Assembly (NCBI GenBank): GCA_964614945.1
Contig: CAZTNW010000001.1
Span: 30,573-94,572, forward strand
From: an uncultured bacterium
Lineage (GTDB): Bacteria; Caldisericota; JANLFM01
Direction of reading: 5' to 3'
Length of the DNA stretch: 64,000 bases
In this document: positions 8,943 to 19,140 of the stretch, piece by piece
Layout of the letters: every line of letters starts with the position of its first letter
Position numbering within the stretch: the first letter of the stretch is position 1
Program-made: the position numbers and the translations under genes
The notes under the pieces: model-generated
Told to the model about the DNA's origin: nothing
Seen by the model: the letters and a program-made list of their open reading frames with translations, nothing else
Database searches by the model: none

Positions 8943-10572
8943 GCCCGAGAAAACCTCACTCAACCCCAGGCTTTCCCAGATCGATTTTCAGGTCCTTTTG
9001 TCTCTACTGGAAGGCGCAGCCCTTCACCTGGAGAAAAATAAAGAAATCGTAAATGCTCTCAATGTTTTTCCGGTCCCCGATGGGGATACCGGCACGAACA
9101 TGCATCTGACCCTTCTGTCAACACTGGAAGAGCTGAATTCTAACCATCCTCAATCGATGCGTGAGTTCGCAGAGGCACTCACCAAGGGTTCCCTTCTCGG
9201 AGCACGAGGTAATTCCGGCGTGATCCTCTCCCAGCTTTTTCGTGGGTTCGGTCGCTCGATTGACGGAAAGGAGAAACTGACCATAATCGACCTTGCTGAA
9301 GCCTTCGGAGAAGCAGCGCGGACTGCATATAAAGCCGTAATGAAACCAGTCGAGGGCACTATACTCACCGTAGCGCGGGAGGCAAGCTTAGCAGCATCTA
9401 AGGCCAAAGAAATGGATGACCTGACCGTCTTTTTAGAAGAGATCCTTTTCGCCGCGCAGGTGGCCCTGGCCAATACGCCCCACCTTCTTCCGGTACTCAA
9501 AGAAGCAGGGGTGGTCGACTCTGGCGGACAGGGACTGGTCTTTCTCATCGAAGGCGCAATTGCTAGATTGAAGGGAGTGGACCTGCCTATTGCTCAGGTT
9601 TCGCCGAAAGCTTGCATAGAAAAGGAGGAAATTTTCCGAGAGGAGCTTGACTACCGCTATGACACTCAATTTCTGATCCGGGGCTGCAATCTGGATCGGA
9701 ATGTGGTGGAGTCTCGGCTCAAACCTCTGGGCGATTCCTTATTGGTGATTGGAGGAGGAGACTTAGTAAGGGTTCATATCCACAGCAATCAGCCAACGCA
9801 ACTGCTGGAGGCCAGTGCTTCGTTTGGCTCTCTTGACCAAGTGATCATCGAGGACATGATCCGACAACATGAGGATTTCAAACAGCAGTCCCAGACAGAA
9901 AAAACTCCGGAAGGCATTGCCGTCATCAGCGTGTATGCCGGAGAAGGTTTTGAGGAAATCTTCAAGAGCCTCGGCGTTGCAGGGACAGTAATGGGGGGAC
10001 AATCGATGAACCCTTCGACTCAGGAGATCCTGCAGTCGATTGAGAACGTCAGAAAGGCGGAGGTTATTGTCCTGCCCAATAATGCCAATGTTATCAACAC
10101 GGCCCTGCAGGCCAAGAGCATGGGGAGGAAAAAAATAGCGGTAGTAGGAACTCGCAATTTGCCGCAAGGTATCGCAGCTTGCCTGACTTTTCAGAGCAAT
10201 CAGCCCTTGGAAGAGAATGTAAGAGCGATGGAACGGGCTATTCAGCTTGTTCATTGTGGTGAGGTCACTTACGCGGTGCGTGATGGCGGCATGAACGGCT
10301 TTTCCTTCCAGAAGGGGGCAATTATTGGATTTGTTGATGGTACTCTTTCTATTGTAGGCGAAGATCCACAGGAAGTCTGTCTGAAGGTTGTGGAAGAGCT
10401 GACAAAAAATACCTCGGGTGGTATAGTGGGTATCTATCGAGGGGAAGAAATTCCCGAAGAGGAAGCGGAGGACCTGCTTCAGGCTTTAAAGCAGTCGTTG
10501 CCTCTAGCAGAAGTTGATCTCCAATACGGGGGGCAGCCCTACTATTATTACGTTGTCTCCTTTGAGGAGTGA
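8932..10572 (+). CDS. yloV: DAK2-domain fusion protein YloV
   Basis: It has the N-terminal DhaL-like domain with the PDGDTGTNM motif and lies in asp23-yloV-recG synteny. Confidence 0.8.
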   Translation: MRNEPEKTSLNPRLSQIDFQVLLSLLEGAALHLEKNKEIVNALNVFPVPDGDTGTNMHLTLLSTLEELNSNHPQSMREFAEALTKGSLLGARGNSGVILSQLFRGFGRSIDGKEKLTIIDLAEAFGEAARTAYKAVMKPVEGTILTVAREASLAASKAKEMDDLTVFLEEILFAAQVALANTPHLLPVLKEAGVVDSGGQGLVFLIEGAIARLKGVDLPIAQVSPKACIEKEEIFREELDYRYDTQFLIRGCNLDRNVVESRLKPLGDSLLVIGGGDLVRVHIHSNQPTQLLEASASFGSLDQVIIEDMIRQHEDFKQQSQTEKTPEGIAVISVYAGEGFEEIFKSLGVAGTVMGGQSMNPSTQEILQSIENVRKAEVIVLPNNANVINTALQAKSMGRKKIAVVGTRNLPQGIAACLTFQSNQPLEENVRAMERAIQLVHCGEVTYAVRDGGMNGFSFQKGAIIGFVDGTLSIVGEDPQEVCLKVVEELTKNTSGGIVGIYRGEEIPEEEAEDLLQALKQSLPLAEVDLQYGGQPYYYYVVSFEE

Positions 10573-12662
10573 ACAAGTTTCTCGCCTGGCCAGAGCTGAT
10601 TTCCCCTGTTCAATACGCTAAGGGAATCGGCCCTTCTCGAGCAAGGCTTTTCGAGAAGGTTGGGGTCAAATCCCTTATCGATCTCCTCTATTACTTTCCT
10701 CGATCTTACCAAGACCGCACTCATTTTCGTCCCTTCTCTACCCTTAAGGAGGGAGACTGGGCGACCATAAAGGGAAGAGTATTAGGTGCGAGAGAGCAAA
10801 TCCCGAGGAAGGGGATCAGATTACTCAAGGTGGCCATCTCAGACGGCAGTGGTCGCCTGGAAGCAGTGTGGTTCAACCAGCCTTATCTGAAGAAAGAGTT
10901 TCCAGCTGGAGCAGAGGTTATTCTGTCCGGTCGCGTTTCCAGACGCTTCGGGCCGGTGCAGATCTCTTCTCCCGATTGGGAGATTTTGGAAGAGGATAAG
11001 GACCCCATCCATTCGGGCCGCATTGTCCCGATTTATTCGCTCACAGCAGGCTTAAAGCAGCGTGCTATGCGTCGCAAGATGAAGGACTTCATCGACAAGT
11101 ATTCGCCGCTTGTACCAGATTTTCTGCCTCCGACCATCCTGGCGCGCGAAAGTCTGATGCCTCTGCGCGTGGCTCTGAGCAAGATCCATTTCCCTGAGGA
11201 CTTCTCCGCGCTCGATGAAGCCAAACGCCGACTCATTTTCGAGGAGCTTTTTCTTCTGCAGCTAAGCTTTGCTCTACGCTGGTCGGAGCGAAAGGGAAAG
11301 CATGGTATTCCGATGAGTACAAAGGGAGAGCTGACAGGGAAATTTTTGCACGGTCTTCCTTTTCAGCTCACTGAAGGACAAAGAGATGCTCTGCAAGAGA
11401 TCGAAAAGGACATGCAAGCAAGTAAACCCATGAATCGCCTTTTGCAGGGGGAAGTGGGGTCAGGGAAGACCGTCATTGCCGCCTACGCTATGCTCGCTGC
11501 GATACAGAGCGGCTATCAGTCAGCTTTGATGGCACCAACCGAGATACTAGCGGAACAGCATTTTTTTGTATTGCAGGAGTTGCTGGAGGATTTGCCCGTG
11601 AAGATTGCCCTTCTGACGAGCGGTACCCGTTTTTCCATACGCTCCCGTTTACTTGAAGAGCTGGAAGCTGGAAGCATCGACCTATTGATCGGGACCCATG
11701 CCCTGTTAGAGGAGCGGGTCTGCTTTCGTAAGCTGGGCCTGACGGTAATCGATGAGCAACATCGATTCGGGGTCTTACAGAGAAAGATACTCGTAGAAAA
11801 AGGACAGAGCCCCGATGTTCTGGTGCTTACAGCTACCCCGATTCCCCGCAGCCTCGCTTTAACTTTTTATGGAGACTTCGACTTGAGTGTGATAAGAGGT
11901 CTTCCTCCAGGCAGGCAAAGCGTTGTCACCTATCTTGTCCATTCGGATCGAGAGACTGAGGTATTCAAATTCCTCCGCCGCCAGCTCCAGGAAGGCCGCC
12001 AGGCCTACATTGTCTGTCCAGTAATTGAGGAAAAGGATGAGGCCTTTGCCCTTCAGGCAGCCAAGGCCCTGAAGGAGAGATTGGAGACAGAGGTCTTCCC
12101 GGATTTGAAATTGGGCCTCTTGCACGGAAGGCTCAGCGCCAGGGAAAAAGATGAAGTAATGACCAGTTTCCGTCAGGGAGAGACACAGATCCTTGTCTCC
12201 ACCACGGTAATTGAAGTAGGAATAGATGTAGCGAACGCCTCAGTAATGGTTATCTGGGATGCAGACAGGTTCGGCCTGGCCCAGCTTCACCAATTGAGGG
12301 GGAGGATTGGACGCGGGCCCTACAAATCTTATTGCATCCTCATGGCGAATCCGAAAAAAGATGAGGCCCTCCAGAGACTGGATGTAATGGTGCGCATAAA
12401 TGATGGCTTCGTTATCTCGGCAGAAGACTTGAGGATTCGCGGCCCAGGAGAATTTTTCGGTACCACCCAGCATGGTGCACCGGAATTGAAGTTGGCAGAC
12501 CTGTTTTCGCCCCAGGACCAGGAGATACTCGAACGCTGCCGGGAGATAGCCTTTGAACTGGCTCACTATCAAGGTAAAAAGCTATTCAAGGATTTTCCCC
12601 TTTTAGGGGAGATGCTGAGCAGGAGGTTCCCCTTTCAAAGCGAATTTATCGAGGTCGGCTGA
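10569..12662 (+). CDS. recG: ATP-dependent DNA helicase RecG
   Basis: It has the wedge domain, Walker A GEVGSGKTVIAA and the DEQHRFG motif. Confidence 0.9.
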   Translation: MNKFLAWPELISPVQYAKGIGPSRARLFEKVGVKSLIDLLYYFPRSYQDRTHFRPFSTLKEGDWATIKGRVLGAREQIPRKGIRLLKVAISDGSGRLEAVWFNQPYLKKEFPAGAEVILSGRVSRRFGPVQISSPDWEILEEDKDPIHSGRIVPIYSLTAGLKQRAMRRKMKDFIDKYSPLVPDFLPPTILARESLMPLRVALSKIHFPEDFSALDEAKRRLIFEELFLLQLSFALRWSERKGKHGIPMSTKGELTGKFLHGLPFQLTEGQRDALQEIEKDMQASKPMNRLLQGEVGSGKTVIAAYAMLAAIQSGYQSALMAPTEILAEQHFFVLQELLEDLPVKIALLTSGTRFSIRSRLLEELEAGSIDLLIGTHALLEERVCFRKLGLTVIDEQHRFGVLQRKILVEKGQSPDVLVLTATPIPRSLALTFYGDFDLSVIRGLPPGRQSVVTYLVHSDRETEVFKFLRRQLQEGRQAYIVCPVIEEKDEAFALQAAKALKERLETEVFPDLKLGLLHGRLSAREKDEVMTSFRQGETQILVSTTVIEVGIDVANASVMVIWDADRFGLAQLHQLRGRIGRGPYKSYCILMANPKKDEALQRLDVMVRINDGFVISAEDLRIRGPGEFFGTTQHGAPELKLADLFSPQDQEILERCREIAFELAHYQGKKLFKDFPLLGEMLSRRFPFQSEFIEVG

Positions 12663-12663
12663 A

Positions 12664-13215
12664 GTGCGTATTTACGGAGGAAAGGCCAGGGGCAAAAGGC
12701 TTTGTTATAAGCCGAAGAAGAACCTCAGGCCTACCTCTGGAAAGGTCAAAGAGGCGCTTTTCAATATTCTGGCCTCGAAACTTCCCGGCTCCTCCTTCCT
12801 CGATTTATACGCTGGAACCGGGAGCATTGGCCTCGAGGCCTTGAGTCGTGGCGCACGCTTCTGTGTTTTTGTTGAGAAATCCACCACCTCTCTGCGCTTG
12901 CTGCGCCAAAACATGGAGCAGTCAAACTTCCGCGGGATAATAATCAGCGCTGATGCTATTCATTCCTTTCCTCGTCTTGTAGAACTGAAAGAGCTATTTG
13001 ATCTGGTTTTTCTCGATCCTCCCTATGAAAAGGGACTTGTCAGAATAACGCTCTCTCGATTAGTGCACGCTTCCATCCTGACTGATCATGCTATAATCGT
13101 GGCGGAGCACTCTGTTCGGGAAAATAGTGGTGAAATTTCAGGATTGGAGCTGATTCGCTCTTACCGGTATGGAGATACCGTGCTTTCCCTTTATCGAAGA
13201 AAGGGGTCAGACTAA
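12664..13215 (+). CDS. rsmD: 16S rRNA (guanine966-N2)-methyltransferase
   Basis: It is a small SAM methyltransferase with the DPPY motif (FLDPPYEKG), lying upstream of coaD. Confidence 0.8.
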   Translation: MRIYGGKARGKRLCYKPKKNLRPTSGKVKEALFNILASKLPGSSFLDLYAGTGSIGLEALSRGARFCVFVEKSTTSLRLLRQNMEQSNFRGIIISADAIHSFPRLVELKELFDLVFLDPPYEKGLVRITLSRLVHASILTDHAIIVAEHSVRENSGEISGLELIRSYRYGDTVLSLYRRKGSD

Positions 13216-13718
13216 TGAAAGCAGTAGTACCTGGAAGCTTTGATCCAGTGACATTTGGTCATCTTGATGTTATTGAAAGGGCTTCTTTTATTTTTTCTGG
13301 CATCGTGGTGGCTGTGATCGATAACGGAGCTAAAAAACATCTATTTACGCTCGAAGAAAGAGCATATATGCTTGAAGAGGTGACAGCGAAGTTGCCCAAT
13401 GTACATATTGACACGTTTTCCGGCTTGCTCGTAGCATATATGAAAAAAGAGCAGGCTAACGTCATCGTACGAGGATTGAGGGCATTGTCAGATTTTGAAT
13501 ATGAACTGCAAATGGCTTTGATGAATCACGAGCTCGACCCTGGAGTGGAGACCGTTTTTCTGGCTGCTTCATTTCAATATTCTTTCTTGAGCTCCAGTCT
13601 GGTTAAGGAAATCGCCTCAAGCGGTGGTCCTGTCAGGCAATTTGTTCCACCCGTAGTTGAGGAGAGGTTGCGGGAAAAATTCAGATCGGAAAGGGGTTGG
13701 AGGAAATCGGGGTTTTAG
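13215..13718 (+). CDS. coaD: phosphopantetheine adenylyltransferase
   Basis: The N-terminus reads MKAVVPGSFDPVTFGHLD, with the T/HxGH motif. Confidence 0.9.
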   Translation: MKAVVPGSFDPVTFGHLDVIERASFIFSGIVVAVIDNGAKKHLFTLEERAYMLEEVTAKLPNVHIDTFSGLLVAYMKKEQANVIVRGLRALSDFEYELQMALMNHELDPGVETVFLAASFQYSFLSSSLVKEIASSGGPVRQFVPPVVEERLREKFRSERGWRKSGF

Positions 13719-14206
13719 AACTTCTTGACGAGATTGAGTCTTTAATTGATCAGGGCAAGAAAATTCCTTTCACGCATAATGTGACGATCAATATGGATAG
13801 GATGCTGGAGCTTCTTGATCAGATCAGAGAAGGCTTCCCCGAGGAACTTTCCCAGGCCAAATGGGTTTTGCAGGAGCGCAAGAAAGTTCTGGAAGAAGCC
13901 CAGCAGGAAGCCGAAAGAGTATTACAGCAGGCCAGGGCACAAGCCCAGGCTCTTGTTTCAGAGAGCGAAATAATCAAACAGGCGGAGGTTAAAAGCAGAG
14001 AGATCTGGGAACGAAGAGGAGAGGAAGCCAGGGCGCTGAAGCGAGATGCTGAAGCCTATGCCGAATCACTGCTGACGAAACTCGAAGGCGTCCTGGAGAA
14101 AGCTCTTACCACTGTTAAAGCAGGCAAAGGGCAACTACGAGCTTCGATCGCGCAGACCGCTCCTTCCACATCCGCCCCAGGGACAAAGTCTGGCCCTTCT
14201 GTTTGA
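13697..14206 (+). CDS. conserved coiled-coil protein of unknown function
   Basis: The central region is rich in charged residues and alpha-helical (EEAQQEAERVLQQARAQAQAL...). The N-terminus carries the motif LLDEIESLIDQGKKIPFT. There is no enzymatic motif. Confidence 0.5.
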   Translation: MEEIGVLELLDEIESLIDQGKKIPFTHNVTINMDRMLELLDQIREGFPEELSQAKWVLQERKKVLEEAQQEAERVLQQARAQAQALVSESEIIKQAEVKSREIWERRGEEARALKRDAEAYAESLLTKLEGVLEKALTTVKAGKGQLRASIAQTAPSTSAPGTKSGPSV

Positions 14207-14386
14207 ATTAAGACCTACTTAACCCCACCGTGCCGTGTGAGGGGGGGTGATGAACCTGCAACTCGCAGGTGGGTTTCCTAACCGAGCAGAGGGAGGGATA
14301 ATTCCCGTCAAGCTCTGGATCAGAATCCCTTTGTTTTTGTGTTGGCTCATACCTTTACCCTTCATCACCAACACCGCAGGGTTTTT

Positions 14387-15652
14387 TCAATCATAAAAGA
14401 TAGAATCCAACCTCGCAAGCAAGGTAGCGGAGGGTACTTCCTCTTGCTCTCCTGTCCTGAGGTTCTTGAGCAAGTTGACTCCCCTGGCTAACTCTTCTTC
14501 CCCCAGAATAATGGCGTAGGCAGCTTTCTTTCGATCTGCTGTCTTGAGCTGAGAGGAGAGGCTGCGCTCTGGGTAAATAAGATCAACGGCGATTCCCCGC
14601 CTGCGCATTTCTAAAGCCATAGCCACGGCCTTTTTGCGGGCTAATTCACCGAGATGCACAATGAAAAGGGAGGGTTTCTCAGCGCCGAATATTTTACCCT
14701 TTTTCTGCATGATTAATAGTGCCCGTTCCATTCCTCCGGCGAAACCTACAGCGGAAGTAGGAGGACCGCCAAGCGTCTCCACCAAGTTATCGTAGCGACC
14801 CCCGCCGCAGAGAGAATTCTGAGCCCCCAACTCGGGAGAGATTATCTCGAAGACGGTACGGGTATAGTAATCGAGGCCGCGTACCAGTCTGGGCTCAATC
14901 TTAAAAGCAAGCCCCATTTCCGTGAGCAAGCTCTCGATCGTTTGGAAATGTATTTGGCATTCCGAGCAGAGATGATCTGTAGGGCGCGGAGCATAATCGA
15001 GAACCCGCACGCAGGAAGGATTTTTGCAATCTAAGATGCGTAAGGGATTACGAGAGAACCGTCTTTGGCAATCGTCGCAGAGCTCCCCGAGTTTTGCTTG
15101 CAGGGCTCTCTCTAATTCTTCGAGAAAGAGAGGTCGGCACTTCCGGCACCCAATTGAATTCAAGAGGACTTGAAACTGCGAAATCCCCAGCTCCATATAA
15201 ATAGAGATAGCAAGGGTTATGATCTCGACATCCAGTTCCGGCTCCTCTCCGCCGATTGCCTCAAACCCAAACTGATGATGTTGTCTATATCGGCCGGCCT
15301 GCGGTCTCTCGTAGCGGAACATTGGGCCCAGGTAATACAGCTTGACGGGAAGTCCTCGATTGGCCAGCTGATGCTGAAGATAAGCCCTGGCCACCCCTGC
15401 CGTCCCTTCAGGGCGCAGGGTGAGACTACGTCCCCTTTTGTCCTGGAAGGTGTACATTTCTTTGGAGACGATATCTGTCTCCATTCCCACTCCTCGCTGG
15501 AATAACTCTGAAAGCTCAAAAAGTGGCAGCCGTATTTCACCGTAGACGAAATTTCGAGCAATGCGTCGGATTAGGCACTCGAGCTGAAACCAGAGCTCTG
15601 AGTCAGGAGGGAGTATATCCTGTGTCCCGCGCGGGGCGTAAATATATTCCAT
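14387..15652 (-). CDS. hisS: histidyl-tRNA synthetase
   Basis: It has the class II aaRS motifs and the HisRS signatures. The preferred start is the M of MEYIYAPRGTQD, which abuts the stop of the upstream gene. Confidence 0.9.
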   Translation of the reverse strand: MEYIYAPRGTQDILPPDSELWFQLECLIRRIARNFVYGEIRLPLFELSELFQRGVGMETDIVSKEMYTFQDKRGRSLTLRPEGTAGVARAYLQHQLANRGLPVKLYYLGPMFRYERPQAGRYRQHHQFGFEAIGGEEPELDVEIITLAISIYMELGISQFQVLLNSIGCRKCRPLFLEELERALQAKLGELCDDCQRRFSRNPLRILDCKNPSCVRVLDYAPRPTDHLCSECQIHFQTIESLLTEMGLAFKIEPRLVRGLDYYTRTVFEIISPELGAQNSLCGGGRYDNLVETLGGPPTSAVGFAGGMERALLIMQKKGKIFGAEKPSLFIVHLGELARKKAVAMALEMRRRGIAVDLIYPERSLSSQLKTADRKKAAYAIILGEEELARGVNLLKNLRTGEQEEVPSATLLARLDSIFYD

Positions 15653-17001
15653 TAAGGATATATCCTCTCTAAGAGGCGGGGGAAAGGGATACTCTCCCTT
15701 ATATGCTCGAGGCCGCATATCCAGTATACTGTGCGCTCGATACCCAGGCCAAACCCGCTATGAGGTACGGAACCAAATCGTCTCAGGTCAAGATACCAGC
15801 GATAAGGTTCCTCGGGCAGGTGGTGTTCCTTCAGCTTTTTTTCCAAAAGAGCGAGGTCGTCGATTCTTTCCGACCCTCCGATAATTTCTCCAAATCCCTC
15901 GGGAGCTAATAGATCTGCGGAGAGCGTTACCTCCGGCCGGCGAGGATCGGGTTTCATGTAGAAAGCTTTGCAGGCCTGAGGGAAGTGAGTGACGAATACG
16001 GGTTTCTCGAATTGGGAACAGATGATTGTCTCGTGCGGCGAGCCAAAATCCTCCCCCCATTCGAGGGAGAGGTTGTTCTTCTTTAGCATCTCCAGAGATT
16101 GATCGTAGGTAATGCGCGGGAAGGGCGATTTAACCTTGGCGAGAGTGGACAAGTCACGTTTTAAGGTCTTGAGCTCCGGCTCCCTCTTAGTAAGAATTTC
16201 CTCGACGACGTAGGAGACTAACTCCTCCTGCAGTTGCAGATTGTCTTCGAAGGTATAGAAGGCCGCTTCTGGCTCCAGCATCCATAACTCCGTAAGGTGA
16301 CGACGAGTCCGTGACTTCTCTGCCCTGAAAGCCGGACCAAAGCAATAAACTCTGCCTAGGGCCATGCATGCAGCTTCATTATAAAGCTGACCACTCTGGG
16401 TCAAGTAGGCTTTTTCTCCAAAATAATCGAGCTGGAAAAGAGTGGTTGTTCCCTCGACAGCGGAGGGGGTCAGAATGGGAGCATCGACAAGGAGAAACCC
16501 CCTGGAATCCAGAAAATCTCTGCAGGCCTTGATGATCGTGGCTCGAATGCGCAAGATAGCAGCCTGGCGGCTGGATCGAAGCCAGAGATGACGGTGCTCC
16601 ATCAGGAAGGGGACGCCGTGCTCTTTCGGTGTGATCGGGTAGTCACTGGCAGAGCAGATGATTTTCAGTTCACTGAGATCCATTTCGACCCCTCCAGGCG
16701 CGCGCAGTTCGCGACGCACACGGCCTTTAACTTGCAGGGAGGATTCCTGCGTCAAATGTTTTACTTCCTCGAATATCTGCTCGGCCAGATTCCCTTTGTT
16801 GGCCACAACCTGAACAATCCCGGTGCCATCGCGGACCAGAACGAACTGTACGGAACCAGAAGACCTGGTGTTATAGACCCAGCCTTCAATAATGACTTCC
16901 TGATCGATGAATTGTTTGAGATCCTCAATGTACGCTTTTCTGATGTTCCTGACCTCCTTCTCGCCTAAGGTGACAGTTGCTCGCGATGCAAGGGACACCA
17001 C
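15652..17001 (-). CDS. asnS: class IIb aminoacyl-tRNA synthetase, asparaginyl-tRNA synthetase-like; archaeal-type AspRS is not excluded
   Basis: At 449 aa it has an N-terminal OB fold and a C-terminal motif-3 region GEIIGGSERI...WYLDLRRFGSVPHSGFGLGIER...IPFPR, which is closest to the AsnRS signature. Confidence 0.7.
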   Translation of the reverse strand: MVSLASRATVTLGEKEVRNIRKAYIEDLKQFIDQEVIIEGWVYNTRSSGSVQFVLVRDGTGIVQVVANKGNLAEQIFEEVKHLTQESSLQVKGRVRRELRAPGGVEMDLSELKIICSASDYPITPKEHGVPFLMEHRHLWLRSSRQAAILRIRATIIKACRDFLDSRGFLLVDAPILTPSAVEGTTTLFQLDYFGEKAYLTQSGQLYNEAACMALGRVYCFGPAFRAEKSRTRRHLTELWMLEPEAAFYTFEDNLQLQEELVSYVVEEILTKREPELKTLKRDLSTLAKVKSPFPRITYDQSLEMLKKNNLSLEWGEDFGSPHETIICSQFEKPVFVTHFPQACKAFYMKPDPRRPEVTLSADLLAPEGFGEIIGGSERIDDLALLEKKLKEHHLPEEPYRWYLDLRRFGSVPHSGFGLGIERTVYWICGLEHIRESIPFPRLLERIYP

Positions 17002-19004
17002 CTTGTTGGGCTGGTTCCCTCTAGAAAGACTTCTCTTTTAATCCTGTCTTCAGGACAAAAATCTGTAGCCAACAGACCTGAATCTTCACAGATGTAAACC
17101 GTTACCTTTTCTTCCCCCGGCGGAATCTCAAATTCATCGATTCTGATCAATTCCTTCGCCCTGCTAATGAAAGATCTCCAGATACTTGCCGGGAGATACA
17201 TGCCGATATTATAGCGCGTAGAAAAAGGAACGGAAGCAGAATCGTTGCCTGTAAAAACAACGCAGGAAATATGTGGCGTATAGCCGCAGAACCAGGCGTC
17301 TTTAAATAGGTCAGTGGTCCCGGTTTTTCCGGCCGAGGGTAATTCGGGAATGTAGGCACTGGTGGCTTTTATTACCGAGGTGAAATAATCGGTCATCTGG
17401 CAGGCTGTTTTAGCTGAGATGATTTGCTTCGCTTCGGGGGAGAATTCGTCCAATAAGGTTCCATCCCATTTTTCCACGCGCAGAAGCGGGCGAATATTGT
17501 ACCTGATTCCGTTCGTGGCGAGAATGGCATAAGCTTGAGCCATTTCGATGGGTTTCACTTCGTTTGAGCCTATGGCCAGGGAGGGATAGGGGAGAAGGGG
17601 CGTGGTTATTCCCATCTTTTGCGCATACTGGATTACCTTGTCTAGTCCGACCTTCATTGCTACCTTCAGCGCCGCAATGTTTGAAGAATGCACAAGTGCT
17701 TCACGCACTGACAATGGACCGTAATAACGCTTTCCGGCAAATGGATTCTCCCGGTACTCTGAAGGGGACCATCCTTCAATCTGGATCGGCTCAGAAACGA
17801 GGATATCTGTTGGGTGTAAAGTACCTTCCTCCAGGGCAGCAGCGTAGACAAAGATCTTGAAGGCCGACCCTGGTTGCCTCAGCGCTAAGGCGCGATTAAA
17901 TTCGGAGTCCTTGTAACTCGTTCCTCCGATCATTGCCAGCACATCCCCGTTTTGCGGGTCAATAGCGACAAGAGCTAATTGCGGCTGAGGCACTCCCCTG
18001 CCATCGACCAGTTCCACTGGCCAAACTTTCTCTCCCTGCCAGTACCCTATCGCCTCTCTGACTCCTTCCTCTGCCATTTTCTGCAGGCGCAGATCGAGCG
18101 AGGTATAAACACGTAGCCCTCCTTGGAACAACTCCTCTTCCCCGTATTTATCGATCAGGAGCTGTTTAATCCAATCGACGAAATATGGTGCCTGCCAGGA
18201 GGTCACGCTGGTATCTCGGAAGGTTAGCGAATAAGCCGCCGCCTGGGCGGCTTCTGCTTCGGAGATCATTCCATTCTTTTGCATCCGCTTCAGGACCTCC
18301 AATTGCCTGTTTTTCGACACCTGGAAGTTTGTATAAGGAGATAGCACGGAAGGAGCAGTTATTAAGCCTGCGAGAAAAGCGGATTCTGGCAGGTTGAGAT
18401 CCTGCACATGTTTGCCGAAATAAGTTCGGGCAGCTGCCTCTGCGCCGTAAGCCCCTTCTCCGAAGTAAATCGAATTAAGGTAAATTTGCAGAATCTCTTC
18501 TTTTGAGTATTGAGTTTCCATTCTCAGCGCCAGAAGAGCCTCCGTGATTTTTCTTTTCAGGGTGGACTCGTAGGAGAGGAAAAACTGGCGGACGAGCTGT
18601 TGAGTAATTGTCGATGCGCCCTCCACTAACATTCCGATCTGGATGTTGGCGGAGATCGCCCGCAGGATGGAAGGCAGGTCTATCCCATTGTGTCGCCAGA
18701 AATTTTTGTCTTCCGTGGCTACGATGGCATCGATGAGTGCCTGAGGGACCTGTGAGAGCGAGACGGGATACCTGAACTCATCTCCCCAGGCCTGGGCGAG
18801 GAGGTTACCGTTCCGATCGTATATTTCGCTCGTCAAAGCTAAATTAGGGCAGTTAATGGCTATCTGCGAGATCTCGGTGGGGTTAATGCCTAAAGCGTAT
18901 AGATAAGTCAGGGCCGCTGAAACAAAGCCTATGGAAAGGGCGAGGAAAATAATAGCCATTAGGGCCACAAAGCGCAGAAATATCTTAAAAATTCTTTTCC
19001 CCAT
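16965..19004 (-). CDS. mrcA: class A penicillin-binding protein (transglycosylase/transpeptidase)
   Basis: It has an N-terminal TM helix and a GT51 motif (EDKNFWRHNGID). The transpeptidase domain carries SAFK, SSN and KTGTT. Confidence 0.85.
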   Translation of the reverse strand: MGKRIFKIFLRFVALMAIIFLALSIGFVSAALTYLYALGINPTEISQIAINCPNLALTSEIYDRNGNLLAQAWGDEFRYPVSLSQVPQALIDAIVATEDKNFWRHNGIDLPSILRAISANIQIGMLVEGASTITQQLVRQFFLSYESTLKRKITEALLALRMETQYSKEEILQIYLNSIYFGEGAYGAEAAARTYFGKHVQDLNLPESAFLAGLITAPSVLSPYTNFQVSKNRQLEVLKRMQKNGMISEAEAAQAAAYSLTFRDTSVTSWQAPYFVDWIKQLLIDKYGEEELFQGGLRVYTSLDLRLQKMAEEGVREAIGYWQGEKVWPVELVDGRGVPQPQLALVAIDPQNGDVLAMIGGTSYKDSEFNRALALRQPGSAFKIFVYAAALEEGTLHPTDILVSEPIQIEGWSPSEYRENPFAGKRYYGPLSVREALVHSSNIAALKVAMKVGLDKVIQYAQKMGITTPLLPYPSLAIGSNEVKPIEMAQAYAILATNGIRYNIRPLLRVEKWDGTLLDEFSPEAKQIISAKTACQMTDYFTSVIKATSAYIPELPSAGKTGTTDLFKDAWFCGYTPHISCVVFTGNDSASVPFSTRYNIGMYLPASIWRSFISRAKELIRIDEFEIPPGEEKVTVYICEDSGLLATDFCPEDRIKREVFLEGTSPTRWCPLHREQLSP

Positions 19005-19040
19005 TGTAATAGCTTAGATGGAAAAACGAGAATCAGCCAT

Positions 19041-19115
19041 TGGTGGAGACAGCGGGAGTTGAACCCGCAACCTCTTCCGTGCGAGGGAAGCGCTCTCCCT
19101 TTGAGCTATGTCCCC
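19041..19115 (-). tRNA. tRNA-Ala (anticodon CGC)
   Basis: The cloverleaf folds with a G3:U70 pair, an anticodon loop CUCGCAC, a T-arm GCGGG/UUCAACU/CCCGC and an encoded CCA. Confidence 0.85.
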
Positions 19116-19140
19116 ATGATTAGTGCCCCCTATTCTATCC

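Noticed and set aside
16965-17040. A T-box leader upstream of asnS-hisS.
   Set aside because: There is no intergenic space, because the PBP gene overlaps the asnS start, and no specifier or T-box motif was seen.
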